Shown here in pieces: positions 1 to 8,505 of a DNA stretch of 56,954 nucleotides. The notes under the pieces were generated by a model that saw nothing but the letters and a program-made list of their open reading frames with translations, was not told the origin of the DNA and did no database searches. The stretch is from the NCBI GenBank assembly GCA_029938465.1, contig JAOZUW010000001.1, positions 1,426 to 58,379 of the forward strand, given 5' to 3'. Source of the DNA: Bacteroidales bacterium. Lineage in GTDB: Bacteria; Bacteroidota; Bacteroidia; Bacteroidales; UBA12170. The stretch's first letter is position 1. The number at the start of each line of letters is the position of its first letter. The position numbers were made by a program, and so were the translations under genes.

Positions 1-384
1 TTCTACAGGCTTTTCAAAAGGAATTTCTTTTGGAAGCTCTTCTTTTGGTTTTTCAATATTTTCTTGCTTTGGCTTTTCCTCTTCTTTATCTTGAAGAGCC
101 GGAGCCTCATCCATATCTTGCTCCACTATTTCCTCAATAATTTCCTTACTAGTCTCCATAGAACTTGGAGGTGGCGGCGGAGGCGTTTTGGGCTGCTCCA
201 AAGGTTTATATGATTGGTTTTGACCACTACCTACAACCGAAAAGCCCAAATTTACTTCTACACCTTCCTCTTCGGGCAAAGGTAAGGGTGTACTTAAACC
301 TAACAAGATAAGTACCAACAACAACAATAGATGAAAAACTATCGTTATTAAGGTGGCTCGTATTTTGTCTTTATTTTCAGTCAT
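1..384 (-). CDS. TonB/TolA-like energy transducer, 5' part only (runs off the window edge)
   Basis: Not in the ORF track. My translation from ATG at 384 is open to position 1: MTENKDKIRATLITIVFHLLLLLVLILLG...PKTPPPPPPSS...EKPKEELPKE. It has an N-terminal TM helix with His and a Pro/Glu/Lys-rich linker, and directly follows exbB-exbD. Confidence 0.85.
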   Translation of the reverse strand, partial: MTENKDKIRATLITIVFHLLLLLVLILLGLSTPLPLPEEEGVEVNLGFSVVGSGQNQSYKPLEQPKTPPPPPPSSMETSKEIIEEIVEQDMDEAPALQDKEEEKPKQENIEKPKEELPKEIPFEKPVE

Positions 385-396
385 TTAGTAAATCTT

Positions 397-807
397 TTAT
401 TTTGGTGATGTGGCCAAAATTACTTTATGCTTATTTATTCTACCCTTATTTATTTGGTTTACAGCATCTATAACATTTACTACGTATTGAACAGGTACTG
501 TTTTGTCACTTTTTAACACTACCGTACCCTGATCAAACTCTAGCAAAGCCTGTGCCAAAACCTCTGTTAAATTGTTTTCTTCTAATCTTCTTTTATCTAG
601 ATAATAATCAAACTGATCATTAATATAAATAGTAATATTTTGTTTGGCCATAGTTTTACTACTACTATTTGGTAATAGTAATTTTATGGCATTAGGGCTA
701 ATCAGTGTTGAAGTAATCATAAAAAAGATCAACAATAGGAATACCAAATCAGACATACTTGCCATATTGAATTCCACTTTTCTTTTATTTCTTGATTTTA
801 TTGCCAT
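397..807 (-). CDS. exbD: Biopolymer transport protein ExbD/TolR
   Basis: NMASMSDLVFLLLIFFMI TM motif with the conserved Asp; downstream of exbB. Confidence 0.93.
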   Translation of the reverse strand: MAIKSRNKRKVEFNMASMSDLVFLLLIFFMITSTLISPNAIKLLLPNSSSKTMAKQNITIYINDQFDYYLDKRRLEENNLTEVLAQALLEFDQGTVVLKSDKTVPVQYVVNVIDAVNQINKGRINKHKVILATSPK

Positions 808-824
808 AGAAACGAAGTTTATAA

Positions 825-1544
825 TTAGGCCTTTGGCTCATGTAAAACATCCATAAATTCACTTGCTCTTGCTTCTAGAAGAAACACTAATCTATCAATT
901 CGTGCCACTAAGATATTATAAAGCACATAAGCAATTATTCCCACTATCAAACCACCTACTGTAGTAATCATGGCTTGATAAATACCACCCGATAATAATT
1001 GTATATCAATATTTCCTCCAGCCATAGACATATCGTAAAAAGCAATAATCATTCCTATAACTGTTCCTAAGAATCCTAACATAGGGGCTGTACTGGCTAT
1101 AGTGGCTAGAGTAGCAATATTTTTTTCTAAGCGTGACACTTCCAGATTACCAACATTTTCAATAGCAGCATTAATATCTGTTAAGGGTTTACCAATTCTT
1201 GACAATCCTTTTTGAAGCATACGAGCAATAGGAGTATTTTCACGACGACATAATTCATTTGCTGTATCATATTTCCCATCAAGCACATTGTCTCTAATGA
1301 TATTCATAAAATTCTCATCATCTTTTGAGCTTCGCCTAATAATAAAGTAACGCTCAATAAAAATATAAATAGATAATATGGATAAAAGACCAAGTATTGC
1401 CATTATCCATCCACCCTTAATTACCAAATCAATAAGTGATACGGTAAGCTCTCCTGATTCTTGATTCATTAACCCAGTGGCTGCAATAGTATCTGCCACT
1501 ACTCCAGATTGTGCTATATTTTGTAAAAGAATTGTTATCATCAT
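825..1544 (-). CDS. exbB: MotA/TolQ/ExbB proton channel protein
   Basis: APMLGFLGTVIGMI and GGIYQAMITTVGGL motifs. Confidence 0.93.
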   Translation of the reverse strand: MMITILLQNIAQSGVVADTIAATGLMNQESGELTVSLIDLVIKGGWIMAILGLLSILSIYIFIERYFIIRRSSKDDENFMNIIRDNVLDGKYDTANELCRRENTPIARMLQKGLSRIGKPLTDINAAIENVGNLEVSRLEKNIATLATIASTAPMLGFLGTVIGMIIAFYDMSMAGGNIDIQLLSGGIYQAMITTVGGLIVGIIAYVLYNILVARIDRLVFLLEARASEFMDVLHEPKA

Positions 1545-1679
1545 CTTGTATTTATTTTTGCGAATAAAAGTAAAAAATTGAAATATAGAGTCTTAGTTTT
1601 ACTTTTTCTTTTTTAAACAGCAATTTGTTAATACAAATAACCCAAAAATTTAAACTTTGTTGCCTTGTTGCGAAATTTT

Positions 1680-2792
1680 TTATGCAACTTTTCTGTATCT
1701 CCAGGTTGCCAATCCTATCATTACTACAGCATATATAGCAATCACCAAAATAAGATGATAAACATGAGCTAAAGTGGATCCTTTAAGCAATACCAGACGC
1801 ATAAACTCAATAAAATATGCAATAGGGTTAACTATATTAAGCCATAATGCCCAGACAGGCATGTTTTCTACTGGAGTAAACAAACCTGAGAGCAATATAA
1901 ATATCATTACAAAAAACCATGAAATAAACATGGATTGTTTTTGTGTATCTGAAATGGTACTAATAAAAAGTCCCATCCCCAATACCAAAATCAAATAAAC
2001 TCCTGCCACTAAAATAACCATAGTTACGCTGCCTAGCATTGGAACCATAAAAACAAATCTCGCTAATAATAAACCAATAATAAAATCTACCATTGCTATA
2101 AGCCAAAAAGGAAGCAGCTTTCCAATAATAAACTGGTATTTTTTAATGGGTGTTACATTGAGCTGTTCAATAGTACCTATTTCCTTCTCTTTTACAATAT
2201 TCAATGCTGAAAGAAATAAGCCAATAACTGTAACCAATAATACCAAAATACCCGGAACCATAAATGTTTTATAGTTTAAATCGGGATTATACCAAAAAGA
2301 AACTTCTGTTTGAATGTTTATATATTCTTTAGGCATCATCATTTCTTTCACCAAAAAATCTTTATTATAATTTCCAATTATTTTCATACTATAAGCACTC
2401 ATTAAGCTGGCAGCACTACCATTTATAGCATCTGTAATAATTTGAATTGGGGCTTCTGATCCTTTATACAAATCTTGTTCAAAATGAGTTGGAATATAGA
2501 TAATTTGCTCCAATTCACCTTTTTGCATTTGTTCTTCTAAGGTTTGATAATTAGGTTTAATAACACTTACAATGTAAAATGGTGAAGCCTTAAATCTGCT
2601 GATCAAATCAGCAGAAGTTACAGATTGATCCATATCAGCAATACCCAATTCTATTTGTTTTATCTCAAAAGTAGCAGTATAGCTCAATACCAGCAGCTGC
2701 ATAATAGGAATAGCAAATATGATTGGTAACATCATTTTATCCCTAAATATTTGCAAAAACTCTTTTTGTATTAAATATAATATTGTTTTCAT
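1680..2792 (-). CDS. ABC-2 type permease (YbhR-like)
   Basis: KEFLQIFRD N-terminus, YNPDL..FMVPG, KEKEIGTIEQL.VTP; six TM segments. Confidence 0.92.
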   Translation of the reverse strand: MKTILYLIQKEFLQIFRDKMMLPIIFAIPIMQLLVLSYTATFEIKQIELGIADMDQSVTSADLISRFKASPFYIVSVIKPNYQTLEEQMQKGELEQIIYIPTHFEQDLYKGSEAPIQIITDAINGSAASLMSAYSMKIIGNYNKDFLVKEMMMPKEYINIQTEVSFWYNPDLNYKTFMVPGILVLLVTVIGLFLSALNIVKEKEIGTIEQLNVTPIKKYQFIIGKLLPFWLIAMVDFIIGLLLARFVFMVPMLGSVTMVILVAGVYLILVLGMGLFISTISDTQKQSMFISWFFVMIFILLSGLFTPVENMPVWALWLNIVNPIAYFIEFMRLVLLKGSTLAHVYHLILVIAIYAVVMIGLATWRYRKVA

Positions 2793-2860
2793 TTCCTTTA
2801 ACTATTACACTTAAACGCTGCCTAATGTTTTATCGTTATTCTAAGCTCAAATACAACACA

Positions 2861-3958
2861 TCACTCTAATCGCACCTTGAATTTTTTAATACTTAGCGAT
2901 ATAAATAGAATCGTCATCCCTACTAAAATTGCTGTTTCTTTCCAAACTAGCATAAAACCATTTCCTTTTATCATAATATTTTTAATAATAATGACAAACC
3001 ATTTTGGTGGTAAAAGATGGCTGATCCAAATAAGTATTTCTGGCATATTTTTCACTGGAAAAATAAAACCTGATAACAATATAGTTGGCAAAAGAAGTGC
3101 AAACATACTGAGCAGCATGGCTACTTGTTGAGTCTTACTTACAGTAGATATAAAAACACCTAAACTTAATGCAAGTACAATAAATAAAATAGTTTCTAAA
3201 AGCAGAAGCCCTAAACTACCCGCAAAAGGCATCAAAAACACGAAATAACTAATCATTAAAATAATAATAGCACTTATAAACGAGAGAATGACGTAAGGCA
3301 CTACTTTACCCATAATGATTTGCCAGGGTTTTACTGGAGAAACCAAAAGCACTTCCATGGTTCCCATTTCTTTTTCTTTTGTAATTGAGATTGAAGTCAT
3401 CATGGTTGAAACCAGCATTAAAATAATAGTTATAATTCCTGGCACAAACATGAAAACGCTTTTTAATTCAGGATTATATCTCATTTGGGTTTCAATATTA
3501 ATCATCAGAGGCTTGATTGTTGTAGCATTAATCTCCATCAAGTAATCATTGATAATAGCCTGAGTATATGAATACACAATATTGGCTGTATTAGGATCAG
3601 ATGCATCAGTAATGATTTGTATTTTAGCATTTCCATTCTTTTCCAATTCTTCGCCAAAATTATTTCCAAAAACCAATATTTCTCTTACTTTACCTTCCCT
3701 AAAAACATCATCCATTTCCTGTGCATTTGCTAAGTTTCTATCCAAGATAAAGTATCCGGAAGCCAGCATTTTACGACTGATCTCTTGGGAGTAAGCATCT
3801 TTACTTTGATCGAATATGGCCAAATGCACATTTTTCATTTCACTTTTAAGGGCAAAACCGAACAAGAGAATTTGCACTACAGGAATCCCGAAAAGTATAA
3901 GCAATGAACGCCTATCTCTAATTATTTGCAAAAACTCTTTGATTATAAATATCCTCAT
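2861..3958 (-). CDS. ABC-2 type permease (YbhS-like)
   Basis: KEFLQIIRD, YNPEL..FVPG, KEKEMGTMEVLLVSP. Confidence 0.92.
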   Translation of the reverse strand: MRIFIIKEFLQIIRDRRSLLILFGIPVVQILLFGFALKSEMKNVHLAIFDQSKDAYSQEISRKMLASGYFILDRNLANAQEMDDVFREGKVREILVFGNNFGEELEKNGNAKIQIITDASDPNTANIVYSYTQAIINDYLMEINATTIKPLMINIETQMRYNPELKSVFMFVPGIITIILMLVSTMMTSISITKEKEMGTMEVLLVSPVKPWQIIMGKVVPYVILSFISAIIILMISYFVFLMPFAGSLGLLLLETILFIVLALSLGVFISTVSKTQQVAMLLSMFALLLPTILLSGFIFPVKNMPEILIWISHLLPPKWFVIIIKNIMIKGNGFMLVWKETAILVGMTILFISLSIKKFKVRLE

Positions 3959-3960
3959 AT

Positions 3961-4680
3961 TTAACCTCTTGCTAGTTTAATAAACACCTTTTCAATACTA
4001 TCTGCTTTATATTTTTGCTTTAGAGCTTCTGGAGTATCCAATGCCGCTATTTTACCATCTACCATAATGCTCACACGGTGACAGTATTCGGCCTCATCCA
4101 TATAATGTGTTGTCACAAAAATTGTCTTTCCATTATTAGCTTCTTCATATAACATCTCCCAAAACTGTCGTCGTGTTATGGGGTCTACTCCCCCAGTAGG
4201 TTCATCTAAAAATACAATAGGAGGATTGTGTATTATTGCGACTAAGAAAGCTAACTTTTGCTTAACACCCAATGGCAAATCAAACACCTTAAGCGTCTGA
4301 TATTCTTTTAGTTGCAACTTTTCAATATATTCTTCAATTTTTTCTTTTATGGCCTTTCTACTTAAACCATAAATACCACCATAAAGCCTAATATTCTCTG
4401 AAATACTCAAATCATTATATAAAGAGAATTTTTGACTCATATAACCAATATGTTTCTTTATTTGTTCTCTTTGTGTATAGATATCATAGGTTGCCACTTT
4501 CACCTCCCCAGAAGTAGGTGCCGATAATCCACATAGAATTCTTATGGTAGTAGTTTTTCCTGCACCATTGGCACCTAAAAAACCGAATATTTCTCCCTGC
4601 TCCACTTCAAAACTCAAATGATCATTGGCTACAAAAGCACCAAATTTCTTAACCAGATTTTTTACAATTACCTGCTTCAT
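3961..4680 (-). CDS. ABC transporter ATP-binding protein
   Basis: Walker A GANGAGKT, Walker B VFLDEP, H-loop TTHY; degenerate signature LPLG. Confidence 0.95.
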   Translation of the reverse strand: MKQVIVKNLVKKFGAFVANDHLSFEVEQGEIFGFLGANGAGKTTTIRILCGLSAPTSGEVKVATYDIYTQREQIKKHIGYMSQKFSLYNDLSISENIRLYGGIYGLSRKAIKEKIEEYIEKLQLKEYQTLKVFDLPLGVKQKLAFLVAIIHNPPIVFLDEPTGGVDPITRRQFWEMLYEEANNGKTIFVTTHYMDEAEYCHRVSIMVDGKIAALDTPEALKQKYKADSIEKVFIKLARG

Positions 4681-5597
4681 TCTATGATGTTTTGGGTCAT
4701 TAAATCTATAAAACTATCTTCCATATTAGGCTGTATATTTTGCATTTGAGCATCATAAATTCCTTTTGATCTTAAAAACTCTTGCAGTTTATTTTTAACC
4801 ACCTCTTGTTCTGATGAAAAATGAATCCATTCACCAAATAAATAAGCAGAATGACAAAGAGGATATTCCCTAAGCTTATTGACCAGCCCATACATATTTT
4901 TTGCTTTAACACCAATTAGATGTTTACTAAATAAGTCCACTATTTTTTGCGGCTTATCCACGCCCATAATTTTTCCTTTCTGCATTAAAGCCACCCTATC
5001 GCATAAACTAGCTTCATCCATATATGGTGTAGAAACCACAATAGTAATTCCTTGTGTTTTTAACTTATGAAGCATTTCCCAAAATTCCATTCTGGAAACC
5101 GCATCCACACCCGTAGTAGGTTCATCAAGTAATAATATTTCTGGCTTATGTATTAAAGCACAAGAAAGAGCTAGTTTTTGCTTCATACCACCCGACAAAT
5201 CACCGGCTTTTCTTTTTTTAAAAGGCTCTATCTGTTGGTAAATATCTTTAATTAAATGATAGTTTTTAGAGACTGAAGTTTTAAAAATACCTGCAAAAAA
5301 ATTCAAGTTCTCTTCAACAGTTAAATCCTGATATAAAGAAAAGCGACCTGGCATATAACCCAATTTTGTTCTTAGTTTCTTATAGTCTTTAATGGTGTCA
5401 AGATGAGCCATTTGAACCTCACCAGAATCTGGCAGAAGCAAGGTTGCCATAATCCTAAACAAAGTGCTTTTACCAGCACCATCAGGTCCTATAAAACCAA
5501 ATAATTCAGCTGATTGTATATCCACTGAAATATCACTTATAGCCCGAATTTCTTCATAAGATTTATAAACTTGATTTATTTGAATTATTGTTTCCAT
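4677..5597 (-). CDS. ABC transporter ATP-binding protein
   Basis: Walker A GPDGAGKS, signature LSGGM, Walker B LLLDEP; H-loop reads STPY. Overlaps the next gene by 4 bp. Confidence 0.95.
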   Translation of the reverse strand: METIIQINQVYKSYEEIRAISDISVDIQSAELFGFIGPDGAGKSTLFRIMATLLLPDSGEVQMAHLDTIKDYKKLRTKLGYMPGRFSLYQDLTVEENLNFFAGIFKTSVSKNYHLIKDIYQQIEPFKKRKAGDLSGGMKQKLALSCALIHKPEILLLDEPTTGVDAVSRMEFWEMLHKLKTQGITIVVSTPYMDEASLCDRVALMQKGKIMGVDKPQKIVDLFSKHLIGVKAKNMYGLVNKLREYPLCHSAYLFGEWIHFSSEQEVVKNKLQEFLRSKGIYDAQMQNIQPNMEDSFIDLMTQNIIE

Positions 5598-5628
5598 TAA
5601 TGGTTTTTGTTCTTTATATAACTTGAGA

Positions 5629-6531
5629 TTATTTAGAAAATATCACTTCCGCTGGCATTCCTGCTTTAAGCTCTCCTTTATTATCTACTTTAATTTTTAC
5701 AGCATAAACCAAATTTACTCTTTCCTGCTTAGTCTGAACTGTTTTGGGTGTAAATTCGGCTTTTTCTGATATCCAAACAATGACTCCTGGCAAAATTTTA
5801 TTCTCTTTCATATTTTCATCAATAAATACTTTTACTTTTTGATCTATTTTAATATGAGGTAATTGATCACCACTTACGAAAACTTTCAATCGAATATCTT
5901 GCATATTCGCCATACTATAAAGTGGTTTGCCGGGAGTTGCCATCTCCCCTTTTCTCATAAATTGATTCAATACTTTACCATCTAACGGACTACTGATCCT
6001 ACAATTTAAAATCTGATAATCAATAGTGGCTATTTGGCTATTCATAGCTTCTATTTGCTCCTTTAGCTGTTGCTCCTTCACTTTAGTGGCTGCTATTTGA
6101 GCGTAAAGCAAGTCAAGATTGGCCTGTACATCATCAAGTTGTTTTTGTGTAGCAGCATCTTTTGCAAATAATTTATTTAAACGGTTTTGTTGTACTTTGA
6201 TGTTTTTTTCTTGCTGTTTTTGTACTACTAATTGGGCACGAATTTCCGGAAAACTTGCTGCAATCAGTTTTTGTTGAGCAATTATCTGTCTCTTTTGATA
6301 ATACCATAGCATAGTATCTATTTGACCTATTTGCTCATTTGCCTTTAAGTCCATTCCCTCTTCAATATGAAGCCACAAAAGTTCTCCTTGTGCTTTAGCC
6401 GAAACAAAAGTTCTGTCTATTTCAAAATTCCCGTAAGCATCTGCTTTTTGATGGGTTTTCTCACAAGCAGTGATCCAAAATATCAATACTCCAAGTATCA
6501 TTACCCAATTTATTTTTACAATATTCTTCAT
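5629..6531 (-). CDS. HlyD-family periplasmic adaptor, probable lipoprotein (YbhG-like)
   Basis: Lipobox-like ITAC, coiled-coil hairpin, AEFTPKTVQT..ER..LVYAVK motif. Confidence 0.92.
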   Translation of the reverse strand: MKNIVKINWVMILGVLIFWITACEKTHQKADAYGNFEIDRTFVSAKAQGELLWLHIEEGMDLKANEQIGQIDTMLWYYQKRQIIAQQKLIAASFPEIRAQLVVQKQQEKNIKVQQNRLNKLFAKDAATQKQLDDVQANLDLLYAQIAATKVKEQQLKEQIEAMNSQIATIDYQILNCRISSPLDGKVLNQFMRKGEMATPGKPLYSMANMQDIRLKVFVSGDQLPHIKIDQKVKVFIDENMKENKILPGVIVWISEKAEFTPKTVQTKQERVNLVYAVKIKVDNKGELKAGMPAEVIFSK

Positions 6532-6542
6532 TGTTTCTAATT

Positions 6543-7808
6543 TTATAGTTTACCCAATACATTCAAATATGATAATTGCCTATTTATCAGTTGAATTTCA
6601 TGTATTTTTTTATTTATCTCTGCTTGTTTATATCTCTGCAATTCATCAATATAACTAGCCGTAGTGATGACTCCCTGATTCAATTGATTTGAAGCATTGT
6701 CAGCAACACTCTTTCGCAACCGAATGAGTTCTGTATCATCTACCATTAAAACCTCCATCTTATCAATATCAGCTCTCATTTGCTGTAAAGCAATTTGTAA
6801 ATTCATTTCAAATTCTTTTTTCTGAGTTTCAATAATTTGAATATTTACATCTATTTTTTTTTGCTCATTATTATTCTTATTCCAGTTGAGTATATTCCAT
6901 TTGAAATTTATCCCAAACATAAAAAACTTGGAAAAATTATCGGATAGATAATTAAAGCCTGGCCTTCCATAACCACTACTAGCAAATGCATATACCTTTG
7001 GTAATTTTTGGGTTTCAATGAGCTTTTTGGAATAAGTTAACTTATTTTGAGCTGTATTCAAATAATCTATCTCTAACCTTTGATGCTTTTGAGAAGACAT
7101 ATCGGGAGATTCCACTATCAATTCTTTTACTTCAGATAAATCCATTTGGGTTAGATACTCTAAATTCTTCATTAAAGAATTTCGTTGAATATGAAGTTGA
7201 TTTAACTGCTGTTTATTGGTCAATGCCTCAGCTCTTAAACCATCTAAAGCACTAGAAATAACAGCCCCTTCTTCTTTCAGTGCTTTTAACTTATCTAATT
7301 TTGCTCTTATTTGCAGCTGATAAGATTCAATCACTTTCCTTTGTTCGTCAAGTAATAAAATGGCAAAGAATAAGCTTTTAACTTCATTTTTTAAAGCATA
7401 TAGGTTCTTATCTATTTGCAATTGCTCCAGAATAGAATTAATATTTTCCAGTTCCTTTTGCTTTTTATACATTCCTCCTCTATAAATAGCCTGATTTATA
7501 TCTAAAGACAAACGATATTGATCTTGGCTTAATTCAGGAACATTGAAACCAGGAATTTCAAAAGGAAGACTTATTACCTCATTTTGCCATGTGGCTTTTG
7601 CATTTATAACTATTTGAGGAAGAAGATCCTTTTTAATATTATCTTGAGATAGATCTCTTATATTAGATTGAAGTTCTTTTTGCAAAAATAAAGGATGATT
7701 TCTTTGCGCACTTTCAAAACAAGTACTCAATTTTAATTTTTCCTGCGTAAAACCAGAAACAGAAATAAGCAAAAAAAGGATGGCAGATAAAAGGTTAAAT
7801 TTATACAT
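6543..7808 (-). CDS. TolC-family outer membrane efflux protein
   Basis: Signal peptide, two LP-x strand/helix repeats (LLPQIV, KLPKVY), efflux operon context. Confidence 0.9.
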   Translation of the reverse strand: MYKFNLLSAILFLLISVSGFTQEKLKLSTCFESAQRNHPLFLQKELQSNIRDLSQDNIKKDLLPQIVINAKATWQNEVISLPFEIPGFNVPELSQDQYRLSLDINQAIYRGGMYKKQKELENINSILEQLQIDKNLYALKNEVKSLFFAILLLDEQRKVIESYQLQIRAKLDKLKALKEEGAVISSALDGLRAEALTNKQQLNQLHIQRNSLMKNLEYLTQMDLSEVKELIVESPDMSSQKHQRLEIDYLNTAQNKLTYSKKLIETQKLPKVYAFASSGYGRPGFNYLSDNFSKFFMFGINFKWNILNWNKNNNEQKKIDVNIQIIETQKKEFEMNLQIALQQMRADIDKMEVLMVDDTELIRLRKSVADNASNQLNQGVITTASYIDELQRYKQAEINKKIHEIQLINRQLSYLNVLGKL

Positions 7809-7811
7809 AAT

Positions 7812-8438
7812 TTAAGGCTTTATACTGTTAATAATAAAATCAGCCACATGTGTTTTCCGGTCTTTCAACATTTTTTTATAGGCCTTTTCATCACCTTTAT
7901 AAATCACACCTGAAATCATGGGCTTTGCTACAATTGGAAAAATGCATAGGGATATCACATTGATAAGCAATTGAGCAGGATCAATTGCTTTTATTTTTCC
8001 CTGAGCTATCTCCTCGGCAATTTGATCTTGAATAAAATCCACATCAAAATTCATCTCTTTCACCATCTTCATTAAATTATCGGGACGATGACTAATTTCA
8101 TGCAAAACAAAACCTGGTAAATGTGGGTTCCTCTCCAAAACATCGATATATTTCGATACAAAATATCTTAACTTTGTAAAAAAATCCTTATCCCCTTTAA
8201 ACACCTCTAATAGATTAGGAATAAAAGCTTTAAAGGCAATTTTGAAAATTACATTAAACAACTTCTCTTTGCTACGGTAATAATAATGCAAAAGGGCTTT
8301 ATTTATGCCTGCCACATCTGCTATCTGTTGCATACGGGCTCCTGCCATTCCTTTTTCAATAAAAACTACTTCGGCTGCTTGAATTATTTTTTCTTCGGTA
8401 TTATTATCTTTCTTTGACATCCCAATATATTTATCCAT
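7812..8438 (-). CDS. TetR/AcrR family regulator (start may be ATG at 8420)
   Basis: EKIIQAAEVVFIEKG...IADVAGINKALLHYYYRSKEKL HTH. Confidence 0.95.
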   Translation of the reverse strand: MDKYIGMSKKDNNTEEKIIQAAEVVFIEKGMAGARMQQIADVAGINKALLHYYYRSKEKLFNVIFKIAFKAFIPNLLEVFKGDKDFFTKLRYFVSKYIDVLERNPHLPGFVLHEISHRPDNLMKMVKEMNFDVDFIQDQIAEEIAQGKIKAIDPAQLLINVISLCIFPIVAKPMISGVIYKGDEKAYKKMLKDRKTHVADFIINSIKP

Positions 8439-8443
8439 TTAGA

Positions 8444-8476
8444 TTAACCATATGGTTAAACTATATGGCAAATATA
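8444..8476 (-). promoter_or_regulatory. Efflux operon promoter (-7 TATATTTG, 8476-8469) and palindromic TetR operator TTAACCATATGGTTAA (8444-8459)
   Basis: Perfect 16-bp palindrome between a TAnnTTTG element and the tetR start. Confidence 0.8.
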
Positions 8477-8505
8477 TTAAAAAATATTTAAAGAAATAAA
8501 ACCTA

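Noticed and set aside
1566-1606. AAAAGTAAAA/TTTTACTTTT inverted repeat upstream of exbB
   Set aside because: Low-complexity AT arms with a 21-nt spacer; too weak to call an operator or terminator.
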